Source: Candidatus Dormiibacterota bacterium (GTDB taxonomy: Bacteria > Chloroflexota > Dormibacteria > CF-121). Taken from it: a stretch of 64,000 nucleotides of DNA. The stretch lies in NCBI GenBank assembly GCA_035716185.1, contig DASTJZ010000075.1:59467-123466 (forward strand). Reading direction: 5' to 3'. How positions within the stretch are numbered: the stretch's first letter is position 1; each line of letters opens with the position of its first letter. Made by a program: the position numbers and the translations under genes. Below the pieces are notes generated by a model. It was not told the DNA's origin and did not search any database. It saw only the letters and a program-made list of their open reading frames with translations. Positions 18,303 through 28,128 of the stretch are shown here, one piece after another.

Positions 18303-19621
18303 AAAAGATTTACGTGCTCGACACGAACGTTCTGCTCCACGATCCGAATGCCATCTTCTCGTTCGAAGACAACGAGATCGTCATCCCGCTCGCGGTGATC
18401 GAGGAGGTCGACGGGCAGAAACGGCGGCAGGACGAAGTCGGCCGCCACGGTCGCCTGGTGGCGCACTTTCTCGATGAGCTCCGCGCCCAGGGAAAGCTGT
18501 CGGAAGGGGTCGGCCTGCGCTCCGGCGGCATGCTGAAGGTGCAGCTCAAACACGAAGAGTCGCGGCTGTTGCCCCAGGATCTCGATCCCAAAAAAGCCGA
18601 CAACCAGGTGATCGCGCTGACCCTTCAGTTGAAGTCAGAGAGCAACGGGACGCCGGTCATCCTGGTGAGCAAGGACATCAACGTCCGGGTCAAGGCGGAC
18701 GCCCTGAACCTGCAAGCCCAGGATTACGAGACCGACAAGATGGTCGTCAAGGAGGGCGATCTCTACGACGGGATGTCCACGCTGAACGTGCCGCTGGAGG
18801 ACATCGAAAATTTCAGCAAGACCAATCTCTACCAGCCGTCGAACGGTCGTCTCTACTGCAACCAGTTCGTTCACTTCAAATCGCTCAACGGGACGAAGTC
18901 CAGCGCGCTTGGTCGCTTCGACGCATCCACCGGCCAGGTCGTGGCTCTGGCACCGATCAAGAAAGAGATCTGGGGAATCCAGCCCAAGAACCTCGGGCAG
19001 CGCTTCGCCTTCGACATCCTGCTCGATGACCGGGTGCCGCTGGTCACCATGACCGGCCAGGCGGGAACAGGGAAAACCCTGCTCGCGCTGGCTGCCGGTC
19101 TGAGCAAGGTGCTGGACCAGCATCGTTACCGCCGACTGCTGGTAACCCGACCGGTCATCCCCATGGGCAAGGATGTCGGCTACCTCCCGGGCGACAAAGA
19201 CGAAAAGCTGCGCCCCTGGATGCAGCCGATCTATGACAACCTCGAGTACCTGATGGGCTGCATTTACAAGGAGCAGATGGCCGCCGACATGATCCGGCAC
19301 ATCCAGGACAAGGGGATCTTCGAGGCCGAGGCGCTCACCTATATCCGCGGCCGGAGCATCCCGCAGCAGTTCATCATCGTGGACGAGGCCCAGAACCTCA
19401 CGCCCCACGAGGTCAAGACGATCGTCTCCCGAGCCGGCGAGGGGACCAAGATCGTCCTGACTGGCGACCCCAACCAGATCGACCATCCCTATCTCGACTT
19501 CCGCAGCAACGGCCTCTGCTACGCGATTGAGAAGTTCAAGAACAATCCCCTGGCCGGGCATGTCACGTTGACGAAAGGACAACGATCGGAGCTTGCCGAG
19601 TTAGCCGCTAAGCTCCTTTAA
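18299..19621 (+). CDS. PhoH2-type protein: N-terminal PIN domain + PhoH-like ATPase (YlaK-like)
   Basis: [38 protein letters not shown] (PIN) ...[19 protein letters not shown] (P-loop). Confidence 0.9.
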   Translation: [440 protein letters not shown]

Positions 19622-19836
19622 TGCTGCCGGCCGCTTTGCTCCAGGGGACCTCTTCTGAGGTCGTTAACTCGCAAGCGACCTATTACGGCGGAGCAACGTT
19701 CTGGTTCTCGCTGACCCTACTCAACGCTGGGCTAGCCCAACTCCATGGCCGCAGCGGCCTGGCCTGGTTTCTTGTCTCGCTTTTTCTCGGGCCAATCGCG
19801 ACTCTTATCCTCGTTCTGCAGTACAAAAAGGCTTGA
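19621..19836 (+). CDS. Small (71-aa) two-TM membrane protein, translationally coupled (TAATG) to PhoH2
   Basis: MLPAALLQGTSSEVVNSQATYYGGATFWFSLTLLNAGLAQLHGRSGLAWFLVSLFLGPIATLILVLQYKKA. It exactly fills the gap between PhoH2 and dinG. Confidence 0.45.
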   Translation: MLPAALLQGTSSEVVNSQATYYGGATFWFSLTLLNAGLAQLHGRSGLAWFLVSLFLGPIATLILVLQYKKA

Positions 19837-22577
19837 TGGATCGTACCTTCGTCGCGCTCGACCTGGAGACTACCGGGCTGGCTCCCCGGATCGATCGTAT
19901 GATCGAGGTGGGCGCCGTTCGCTTCCGCGGCGACGAGGTCCTTGCCACCTTCCAGTCACTGGTTCGCCCCGAGGTCGGGATTCCGAGAGCCGTCCAGGAA
20001 CTGACGGGTATTCGCGACGCCGACGTGGCCGCCGCCCCGCAGCCCGAAGAGGTCCTCACCCAGCTGATCGATTTCGTGGGCGAAAGCGCCGTCGTGGCGC
20101 ATAGCGGCAACTTCGATCTCTCCTTCCTCGTCGATGGTGAGGCGGAGCCGCGCTACGAGCTGTTCGACACCCTGGATCTCGCTCGCATCATGCTCCCGAT
20201 GGCGCCGAGCCACAGCCTGCCGCACCTCTCGCGGCAGTTGGGGCTGACGCACCCGCACCCGCATCGGGCCCTCTCCGATGCGGATGCGGCCCGACAGCTC
20301 TTTCGCCATCTACGGCAGGTTGCCCGCGGTTTTCCGAGCGAGCTGATCGACCGGATGCTCGAGGTGAGCGCTGAGTGGCCGCACCCGCTACGCCACTTTC
20401 TCGAAGAGGCTCACGCCGCCGGTCGCGACGCCGTCGAGACCGCGTCGCGCGCTGCGCCTCAACCCGTCGACGTCAAAGGCTCGAGCAAGCCGTCGACGGA
20501 CCCGCAGGCGATCCGCGCCCTGCTCGGCCCAGACGGTCCGATGGCGGCCCGACTCGACGACTACGAGCTTCGCGAATCGCAGCTGCAGATGACGCTCGCG
20601 ATTGCGCAGCTCTATTCGCGCGGCGGCCGGCTACTGGTCGAGGCCGGACCGGGAACGGGCAAGTCGCTGGCCTACCTGGTGCCTGCCGTCCACCATGCGG
20701 TCGCCAGCGGCGAGCGGGTGGTGGTGGCGACCAACACCATCACCCTCCAGGAGCAACTCTTCTGGAAAGACATCCCCTTCTTGCGGAGCTGGCTCCCCTT
20801 TGACTTCAAGGCGTCGCTGCTGAAGGGGCGGGCGAATTACGTCAGCCTGCGGCGCTGGAATCGCTATCTCAATGCACCCAGCCGGCGGGCAGACGGCGGG
20901 TGGTTTCACGACGAGCTGAAGTTCAAGCTGCGCATGCTGGTCTGGTTGGCGCAGACCCGCCACGGCGATCGGTCGGAGATCAAGCTCAACGGCCTGGATG
21001 AGCTCTTCTGGTTGCGGGCGGCGTCGACTCCCGATGACTGCCTCGCCGCGCACTGCGACAACTTCAAAACCCAGCGGTGCTTCTACTGGAACGGTCGCCG
21101 CGCCGCCCAGGACGCCGACGTGATCGTGACCAATCACGCCCTCCTGCTCACCGATGCGCTCGCCGGCGGGACAGTCCTGCCCGCGCATGAGCACCTGATC
21201 GTCGATGAAGCCCACCAGCTGGAGGAGACGGCCGTCGAGGCGTTGACGCTGCGGGTGGGGGAGACGGAGTTGCTGGAGAGCATCGACGGCATCCTCACCT
21301 GGTTTCGGGCGGCGATGGGCCAGCCTGGCGAGCCAGTCAAGAAAGCCGCGGCCGATTTCCGGGCCGCCGTCAGCGAGTTCTTCCATGAGGCGCGCAAGAT
21401 CATCGGCGAGCGCCAGCCCCTAGTTCCGCTCCGGGCATCGCGGGATGAACCGGTCGTGCTCGACGAGACGAACCGAAAGTCACCCGATGTCGTTGGTCTG
21501 GCAGCGCAAGCGAGCGCGCTCGGTGATGGGAGCGCCGCCTTCCTCCGTGCGCTGGACGATGCCGGCTCCCAATTGCCCCTCGAGAGCAATCCGTACGCGG
21601 AGCGCGAGTTCGATCTCTTCGTCGCCCAACTGAAGAGCCGCATCGACCTCGTGATGCAGGCGCTCCTCCAGCCGCGTGCCGACCGCCTGTACTGGCTGGG
21701 TTCGGAACGCCGCTCCGGCCGGCCCGTTCTCCACGCCGCCCCAACCGCCGCCGGTCGCGAACTGCAGGCCCGGGCGTTCACCGACAAAGAAACCGTCGTC
21801 TTCACCTCAGCCACGTTGGCGGTGGCCGACTCCTTTACCTACTTCAAGCGCGGTGTCGGGCTCGAGGCGCTCAGCGCCCACGAGATGGTGCTCGCGTCGC
21901 CCTTCGACTATCTCTCGCAGGCCTTGCTCTGCTTGCCGACCGACCTCCGCCAGCTCGATGATCCGGCCTTCGTCGACCAGGTGGCCACGGTCGTGGGTGA
22001 AATCGGCGAGGCGATCGATGGGCGAACGCTCGTGCTCTTCACCTCGCATCAGCAATTGCGCGACGTCGCCGAGCGTTTGCGGATTCGAACCGCGCACAGT
22101 CAGCTGGCCGTCCTTGCGCAGAACCTCGATGGAACGCGTCGCCAGCTGCTGGCCGAGTTCCAGGACAATCCGCGGAGCATCCTGCTGGGAAGCAGCAGCT
22201 TCTGGGAAGGGATCGATGTCCCCGGCGATGCCCTGTCCTGCGTCATCATCGTCCGGCTGCCCTTTAAGGTTCCGACCGATCCACTGCAGCTGGCCCGCAG
22301 CGCCACCCTGGCCGATCCATTCGGACAGCTCGCGCTCCCGGAGGCCGTGCTGCGCCTCAAACAGGGTTTCGGCCGGTTGATCCGGCGCCAGAGCGACCGG
22401 GGCGCCGTCCTGCTGATGGATCACCGAATCGCTAACCGGACCTATGGCGGCGCGTTCCTGGATGCCCTGCCGCGAGCGGCGGTGCATGTCGGGGAAAGCG
22501 CGGAGATGGCGCCGACCATCGCCAGGTGGTTGCGGCGTCCGGGCAGCGTGGAATTGCGCCAGGCGGTGGAAGCGTGA
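19836..22577 (+). CDS. dinG: DinG-family ATP-dependent helicase with an N-terminal DnaQ-like 3'-5' exonuclease domain
   Basis: MDRTFVALDLETTGLAPRIDRMIEVGAVRF (exonuclease motif I) ...GPGTGKSLAYLVPA... DEAHQLEE...; ~914 aa. This fusion is typical of Firmicutes DinG. Confidence 0.9.
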   Translation: MDRTFVALDLETTGLAPRIDRMIEVGAVRFRGDEVLATFQSLVRPEVGIPRAVQELTGIRDADVAAAPQPEEVLTQLIDFVGESAVVAHSGNFDLSFLVDGEAEPRYELFDTLDLARIMLPMAPSHSLPHLSRQLGLTHPHPHRALSDADAARQLFRHLRQVARGFPSELIDRMLEVSAEWPHPLRHFLEEAHAAGRDAVETASRAAPQPVDVKGSSKPSTDPQAIRALLGPDGPMAARLDDYELRESQLQMTLAIAQLYSRGGRLLVEAGPGTGKSLAYLVPAVHHAVASGERVVVATNTITLQEQLFWKDIPFLRSWLPFDFKASLLKGRANYVSLRRWNRYLNAPSRRADGGWFHDELKFKLRMLVWLAQTRHGDRSEIKLNGLDELFWLRAASTPDDCLAAHCDNFKTQRCFYWNGRRAAQDADVIVTNHALLLTDALAGGTVLPAHEHLIVDEAHQLEETAVEALTLRVGETELLESIDGILTWFRAAMGQPGEPVKKAAADFRAAVSEFFHEARKIIGERQPLVPLRASRDEPVVLDETNRKSPDVVGLAAQASALGDGSAAFLRALDDAGSQLPLESNPYAEREFDLFVAQLKSRIDLVMQALLQPRADRLYWLGSERRSGRPVLHAAPTAAGRELQARAFTDKETVVFTSATLAVADSFTYFKRGVGLEALSAHEMVLASPFDYLSQALLCLPTDLRQLDDPAFVDQVATVVGEIGEAIDGRTLVLFTSHQQLRDVAERLRIRTAHSQLAVLAQNLDGTRRQLLAEFQDNPRSILLGSSSFWEGIDVPGDALSCVIIVRLPFKVPTDPLQLARSATLADPFGQLALPEAVLRLKQGFGRLIRRQSDRGAVLLMDHRIANRTYGGAFLDALPRAAVHVGESAEMAPTIARWLRRPGSVELRQAVEA

Positions 22578-23446
22578 GCCAGGATGGCCGGCTGACGGTC
22601 GCCCTGGCACAGGTCGATGCCGCCCTCGGCGATCGCGACAAGAATCTCGAGCGGCATCGCGGCTGGATCCAACGGGCCCGCAACTCGGGGGCGCAGCTCG
22701 TCGTCTTCCCCGAGCTCAGCCTGACTGGCTACTTTCTCAAGGATCTCGTCGCGGAGACGGCGGTCTCGATCGAGAGTCCGACCGTCAAGCAACTGAGCGA
22801 GCTCTCGCGGGACATCGATATCGTCGTCGGCCTGGTGATCGAAGAACCGGATCATCGCTACTTCAACGCCAGTCTCTATTTCAGTGCCGGCGAGCTGGTT
22901 CACCTGCATCGCAAGGTCTATCTGCCGACCTACGGGATGTTTGACGACACGCGTTACTTCGCGACCGGCAATCGTTTTCGCAGCTTCAAGACCTCGTTCG
23001 GGCGGGCCGGCATGCTCATCTGCGAGGACATCTGGCATCTGTCGAGCGCCTATGTCCTGAGCCTCGAGGGTGTCGACATGATCATCTGTCCGTCGGCCAG
23101 CCCGGGACGCGGCATCAGCACGGATGAACGATTGGGCACGGCGGAGTCGTATGAAATCTTGTGCCGAACCTATGCCCAGTTTCTGACTTCCTTCTTCCTG
23201 TATTGCAATCGGGTCGGCTATGAGGATGGCGCCAATTTCTGGGGTGGCTCGATGGTGATCGGCCCCAATGGCGACATCATCGCCCGCGAGACCGATGCCG
23301 ATGAAGCGCTGGTCGTGGCCAGGGTCGACCTTGGTGATGTTCGGCGAGACCGGCTGGCGAACCCGCTGCTGCGCGACGAAAAGCTCGAACTCACCGTCAA
23401 CGAACTGCGCCGAGTGCTGCATGAGCGCACCCGCAAGCCTTTCTGA
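22574..23446 (+). CDS. Carbon-nitrogen hydrolase (nitrilase superfamily); probable glutaminase partner of the downstream NadE
   Basis: GTG 22574 (GTGA overlap with dinG). ...[22 protein letters not shown]...[14 protein letters not shown]...MLICEDIWH... Confidence 0.8.
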   Translation: MSQDGRLTVALAQVDAALGDRDKNLERHRGWIQRARNSGAQLVVFPELSLTGYFLKDLVAETAVSIESPTVKQLSELSRDIDIVVGLVIEEPDHRYFNASLYFSAGELVHLHRKVYLPTYGMFDDTRYFATGNRFRSFKTSFGRAGMLICEDIWHLSSAYVLSLEGVDMIICPSASPGRGISTDERLGTAESYEILCRTYAQFLTSFFLYCNRVGYEDGANFWGGSMVIGPNGDIIARETDADEALVVARVDLGDVRRDRLANPLLRDEKLELTVNELRRVLHERTRKPF

Positions 23447-24275
23447 GCCGGTCTTTCCGCCGCTCGCGATCAACGCGGAGCTGGTCAAGGGCATCCTGGT
23501 CGGCTTCATTCGCAATGAAGTGCGCAAGGTGGGATTCGAGCGGGTCATCCTCAACCTGAGCGGCGGGGTGGACTCCAGCCTGGTTGCGGTGCTGGCCACC
23601 GAGGCACTCGGCGCTCAAAACGTCATGGCGCTCATTCTGCCCTACAAGACGAGCGACCCGAAGAGCCGCACCGATGCCCTTCAGATGGTGGCGCAGCTGG
23701 GCCTTCATCACCTGGAGGTTGATATCACGCCGCAGATCGACGCCTACTTCGCGCGGTTTCCGGAGGCGAACCAGGTCCGGCGCGGCAACAAGATGGCCCG
23801 CGAGAGGATGACGATCGCCTATGACCAATCCCTGGCCTGGCGAGCGCTCGTCATTGGAACCAGCAACAAGACGGAGCTCCTGCTCGGCTACGGCACGATC
23901 TACGGCGATACCGCCAGCGCGATCAATCCGGTCGGCGACCTCTACAAGACGCAGGTCTGGCAGCTCGCCGATGCCGTGGGGGTGCCGACGGCGATCGTGC
24001 AAAAGGCGCCGTCGGCTGACCTGTGGGCGGGACAGTCCGATGAGACGGAGCTCGGCTTCCAGTACCGCAAGGTCGATCAGTTCCTGTACTACCTGGTCGA
24101 CCGCCGCTACTCGGTGGAAGAGCTCAAGCGGCTCGGTTTCGAGCCCGCCTTCATCGAGGACATCATCCGCCGGGTGCGGGACAACCAGTACAAACGCCGC
24201 TTGCCCCTGATCGCCAAGCTATCGTCGCGGACCATCGATCGGGAGTTTCGCTACCCGCGCGACTGGGGCCACTGA
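23418..24275 (+). CDS. nadE: NH3/Gln-dependent NAD+ synthetase, ATP-pyrophosphatase domain
   Basis: ATG 23418, 29-nt overlap with the CN-hydrolase gene. ...[20 protein letters not shown]... (SGGxDS PP-loop). Confidence 0.9.
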   Translation, partial: CMSAPASLSEPVFPPLAINAELVKGILVGFIRNEVRKVGFERVILNLSGGVDSSLVAVLATEALGAQNVMALILPYKTSDPKSRTDALQMVAQLGLHHLEVDITPQIDAYFARFPEANQVRRGNKMARERMTIAYDQSLAWRALVIGTSNKTELLLGYGTIYGDTASAINPVGDLYKTQVWQLADAVGVPTAIVQKAPSADLWAGQSDETELGFQYRKVDQFLYYLVDRRYSVEELKRLGFEPAFIEDIIRRVRDNQYKRRLPLIAKLSSRTIDREFRYPRDWGH

Positions 24276-24287
24276 GCCCGCCCCGCG

Positions 24288-24974
24288 ATGGGGACGCTCT
24301 ACCTGGTGGCGACGCCGATCGGCAACCTGGACGATATGACCCTCCGGGCGCTGCACATCCTGGAATCGGTGCCGCTGATTGCGGCGGAGGATACCCGGCA
24401 TACCCTCAAGCTGCTGACCCATTTCGGTTTGCACCGGCCGCTGATCAGCCTGCATGCCCACAACGAGTCCCGCCAGCTCCAGACCATCCTTAGCCGGCTG
24501 CAGCAGCACGACATCGCGCTCGTCTCCGACGCGGGCACGCCGGCGTTGTCGGATCCAGGTGTGCGATTGGTCAGCGCCGCGGTGGCCGCCGGCTATCCAG
24601 TGGTCCCCGTCCCCGGGCCGTCGGCGGTCCTGGCCGCGCTGGTCAGCTCGGGGCTGCCGACCAACCAGTTCACCTTTCTCGGCTTTCTTCCCCGCAAGCG
24701 GGGCGAGCTGGAACGGGCGCTGCGCGACGCCGGAGAGGCGAAACGGACATTTGTTTTCTTCGAGTCTCCGCATCGCATTGCAAAGACGTTGGCTATAATG
24801 GCCTCCGTCCTCGGCCCCCGCTCGCTGGTGGTGGCGCGGGAGATCACCAAGGTCCACGAAGAGTTCATCCGTGGAACGCCGGCGACCCTCCTGGAGCACT
24901 TCGACAAGGCTCCACCCCGCGGCGAGCTGACGGTCGTGGTTGCCGGCAGCGATTGGAAGGTTGCACATGAATAA
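24288..24974 (+). CDS. rsmI: 16S rRNA (cytidine1402-2'-O)-methyltransferase
   Basis: MGTLYLVATPIGNLDDMTLRALHILESVPLIAAEDTRHT... Confidence 0.9.
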   Translation: MGTLYLVATPIGNLDDMTLRALHILESVPLIAAEDTRHTLKLLTHFGLHRPLISLHAHNESRQLQTILSRLQQHDIALVSDAGTPALSDPGVRLVSAAVAAGYPVVPVPGPSAVLAALVSSGLPTNQFTFLGFLPRKRGELERALRDAGEAKRTFVFFESPHRIAKTLAIMASVLGPRSLVVAREITKVHEEFIRGTPATLLEHFDKAPPRGELTVVVAGSDWKVAHE

Positions 24975-26508
24975 GTTCTACGTCACCACCGCGATCGTCT
25001 ATCCGAACGCCGCGCCGCACCTTGGCTTCGTCTACGAGCTGGTGGGCGCGGACGCGCTGGCGCGTTACCACCGCCTGGCTGGCGACGAAACCTTCTTCCT
25101 GACCGGCACGGACGAGCACTCCCAGAACGTCCGGCGCAAGGCCGAAGAGGAGGGCGTCCCGACCGAGGTCTTCACTGCCCGCATGGCGCAGCTGTACCGC
25201 GATGTCGAAGCGAAATTCAGCATCAGTTACGACCGCTTCATCCGGACGGAGGACCCCGATCACTACCAGGGCGTCCAGGCGTTCATCAGCAAAATCCAGG
25301 CGCGCGGCGACATCTATAAGGGCGCCTACGAAGGCTGGTACTGCGTCTCCTGTGAAGCCTTCAAAACGGAGAGCGAGCTCAAAGACGGCTACTGCCTGAT
25401 CCACCCCAATTTGAAAGCGCAGTGGCTGACCGAGGAAAACTACTTCTTCGCTCTCTCGAAGTACCAGAAGCGGCTGCAGCAGCTGATCGACAAGCATCCC
25501 GATTTCATCCAGCCCGAGACTCGCCGCCACGAGGTACTGGGCTGGCTCAAAGAGGGGCTGCGGGATTTCAGCATCTCGAGGTCCACGATCAAGTGGGGGA
25601 TTCCCTTCCCGGGCGACGAGAAGCATGTCGTCTACGTCTGGGGCGATGCGCTGGCCAACTACATCACCGGCGTCGGCTATGGGACCGACGAGGCGATGTT
25701 CAAGCGCTGGTGGCCGGCCGACCTGCATGTCATCGGCAAGGACATCACGCGCTTCCACTGCCTCTACTGGCCCGCGATGCTGATGTCGGCCGGGCTTGCG
25801 GTCCCGGAGCGCGTCTACGCCCACGGTTTCCTCACAATTCGCGGCGAGCGGATGAGTAAGAGCGCGGGCAACTACATCGACCCGTTAGAGGCCGCTGACC
25901 GCTTCGGAGCGGATGCGGTGCGCTATCTGCTGCTGCGCGAGCTGCCCTTCGACCGTGACGGCGACGTCAGCTGGGAGACGCTGGTCGATCGCTACAATGC
26001 CGACCTGGCCAACGACCTGGGGAATTTCGTCTACCGGACTCTGTCGATGCTCCAGCGATACTTCGATGGCAAGGTGCCGGCGCCAGACGGCGACGTCACG
26101 CCGCTGGACATGAAGCTGCAGACCGCCTTCGAGACCGCTGTCCGTGGCATGGACCGGCATGTCAGGGCCCTCGACTTCACGGCGGCCCTGACCCAGGTCT
26201 GGGAGGCGATCAATCGCGGCAACAAGTACATCGAGGAGAGCGCCCCCTGGGTGCTGGCCAAACAGTCAGACCAGCGAAAGCGCCTGCAGACCGTCATGTA
26301 CAACCTGGTCGAGGCGATCCGGCTGACGACGTATCTGATCGCGCCGTTTCTGCCGGAAACCGCCGCGCGGATCGCCAGCCAGGTGAAGATCGATTTGAAA
26401 GCGCCGTGGGCGACGGCGCGGGAGTGGGGAAAGCTGGCGCCGCGCACGCAGACGGCCCTGGGCGAGGTACTGTTCCCTCGCATCGAGAAGCCGGAGCCGG
26501 TCGCCTGA
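24967..26508 (+). CDS. metG: Methionyl-tRNA synthetase (short form)
   Basis: MNKFYVTTAIVYPNAAPHLGFVYE...; KMSKS motif (GERMSKSAGNYI). Confidence 0.95.
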   Translation: MNKFYVTTAIVYPNAAPHLGFVYELVGADALARYHRLAGDETFFLTGTDEHSQNVRRKAEEEGVPTEVFTARMAQLYRDVEAKFSISYDRFIRTEDPDHYQGVQAFISKIQARGDIYKGAYEGWYCVSCEAFKTESELKDGYCLIHPNLKAQWLTEENYFFALSKYQKRLQQLIDKHPDFIQPETRRHEVLGWLKEGLRDFSISRSTIKWGIPFPGDEKHVVYVWGDALANYITGVGYGTDEAMFKRWWPADLHVIGKDITRFHCLYWPAMLMSAGLAVPERVYAHGFLTIRGERMSKSAGNYIDPLEAADRFGADAVRYLLLRELPFDRDGDVSWETLVDRYNADLANDLGNFVYRTLSMLQRYFDGKVPAPDGDVTPLDMKLQTAFETAVRGMDRHVRALDFTAALTQVWEAINRGNKYIEESAPWVLAKQSDQRKRLQTVMYNLVEAIRLTTYLIAPFLPETAARIASQVKIDLKAPWATAREWGKLAPRTQTALGEVLFPRIEKPEPVA

Positions 26509-27284
26509 TCGATTCGCACGCGCATCTCCTGCACCTGCGCGAGCCGCTGACGGCGGAGCAGGCGCTCGAAGAGGCGCGAGCGGTGGGGGTCGAAACTGTG
26601 ATCAATATCGGCGACGACGCTTCGGATAATCGGCCGGGCATCGAGTTGACCGAGCGCATCACCGGGTTGCGGACGACGATCGGCCGACATCCGCACTCGG
26701 CGGACGAACCGATCACCGCAGCAGAGCGCCGCGAGCTCCGCCGCCTGGCCGCCCATCCCCACGTAGTCGCGCTGGGGGAGATCGGACTCGACTACCACAT
26801 CACGGAATACCACAGGGTGCCGGCTAAGGCGCAGGCGCAGGTCTTTCGCGAGATGCTGGGCCTGGCGCAGGAGGTGGCCAAGCCGGTTGTCCTCCACACC
26901 CGCGACGCCTTCCCTGATTTGCTTGCCATCCTGGATGAATTCCCAGGGCTGCCAGGCGTGTTTCATTGCTTCAGCGGAAATTCCGCGTTCGCCGCTGAGG
27001 CGTTGGCACGTGGCTACTACATCTCATTTGCGGGGACGGTCACCTACCCGACGGCCCATGGCGTGATTGGGGCGGCCAGTATCATCCCGCTCGACCACAT
27101 GCTGGTCGAAACCGATGCGCCGTTCCTCCCGCCGCAGAGCCGGCGTGGCCAGCCGAATGCGCCGCGATACATCGTCGAGACCGTCGAGCGGATCGCCGGG
27201 CTGCGCCAAACAACGGCTGCTGCGATTGGCGGCGCAACCAGCCACAATGCCATCGAGCTCTTTCGGTTGAACCACGCCGGCTAA
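26505..27284 (+). CDS. tatD: TatD-family metal-dependent DNase/hydrolase (start uncertain: CTG 26505 or ATC 26508, overlapping the metG TGA)
   Basis: (L)IDSHAHLLHL...; the junction reads gccTGATCgat. The nearest canonical in-frame start is ~100 nt inside metG. Confidence 0.8.
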   Translation: MIDSHAHLLHLREPLTAEQALEEARAVGVETVINIGDDASDNRPGIELTERITGLRTTIGRHPHSADEPITAAERRELRRLAAHPHVVALGEIGLDYHITEYHRVPAKAQAQVFREMLGLAQEVAKPVVLHTRDAFPDLLAILDEFPGLPGVFHCFSGNSAFAAEALARGYYISFAGTVTYPTAHGVIGAASIIPLDHMLVETDAPFLPPQSRRGQPNAPRYIVETVERIAGLRQTTAAAIGGATSHNAIELFRLNHAG

Positions 27285-27315
27285 ACGACGATCGCTCGAT
27301 CTCGCTGACCCCGCA

Positions 27316-28128
27316 ATCCTGCGGGGCGTCGCCCGTCGCTTCGGGGTTCGGTTTCAGCGCCGCTGGGGACAGAACTTCATCGCCGATCGTAACCAGCTGA
27401 ACCGGATTGTCGAAGCGTTGGAGTTGACGCCGGGAGACAGCGTCGTAGAGGTCGGCCCGGGATTGGGCACCCTGACCGTAGAACTCGCCAGCCGGGTACG
27501 CGCGGTGGTGGGCATCGAGATCGATCCAGCCAGCGTCAGGGCGTTGGCGCTGACTCTTCGCGATCGGACCAATGTGCGGATCATCGAGGGCGACGTGCTG
27601 CGCACCGACGTGGAGGACCTCCTGCCGCCGCCGTACCGGGTCGCCGGCAATATCCCATACAACCTGACCGGCGCCCTCCTGACCCACCTGCTCGAGCGGC
27701 CTCACCCCCCGGCACGTATCGACCTGCTCGTCCAACAGGAAGTCGCTGATCGCATCGTGGCCCCGCCCGGTGGTTGGAGCCTTGCCACGCTCGGTGTTCG
27801 TGTCTACGGGCGGCCGGAGCGTGTGCTGCGAGTCCCACGCACGGCGTTTGTGCCGCAGCCGCAGGTCGACTCGGCATTGGTGCGCATCGTGCCCGAGGCC
27901 GAGCCAGCTCTGCCGCGAGAGGTCTTGCCAAGTTTCTTCAAGTTCGTCACACCGTTTTTCCAGGCTCGTCGCAAGCAGCTGCCCTTCGTGCTGGCACGAA
28001 GCCTGGGTGTCGATGGGGCGGAGGCTCGTCGCCGTCTCGCCGTTATAGGCATCGATCCGAGGCGTCGCGCCGAGACGCTGACGCTCGAGGAGTGGAGGCG
28101 ATTTTTCGAACGTGAGCACAGGAATTGA
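27316..28128 (+). CDS. rsmA: 16S rRNA (adenine1518/1519-N6)-dimethyltransferase RsmA/KsgA (start uncertain: ATC 27316 or CTG 27319)
   Basis: The conserved ...RFQRRWGQNFIADRNQLNRIVEALELTPGDSVVEVGPGLGTLT lies upstream of the first canonical start (TTG 27418). No ATG/GTG/TTG between the tatD stop and this motif. Confidence 0.8.
   Translation: MLRGVARRFGVRFQRRWGQNFIADRNQLNRIVEALELTPGDSVVEVGPGLGTLTVELASRVRAVVGIEIDPASVRALALTLRDRTNVRIIEGDVLRTDVEDLLPPPYRVAGNIPYNLTGALLTHLLERPHPPARIDLLVQQEVADRIVAPPGGWSLATLGVRVYGRPERVLRVPRTAFVPQPQVDSALVRIVPEAEPALPREVLPSFFKFVTPFFQARRKQLPFVLARSLGVDGAEARRRLAVIGIDPRRRAETLTLEEWRRFFEREHRN

Noticed and set aside
22442-23599. 385-aa minus-strand ORF (also 12830-13735, 16549-17634, 24865-25824, 26031-26966, 27082-28119, 31475-32503, 35709-36440)
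   Set aside because: All overlap well-supported + strand genes (dinG/nadE, tlyA, rluB/cmk, metG, tatD, rsmA, thrS, pheS) and lack motifs; spurious.
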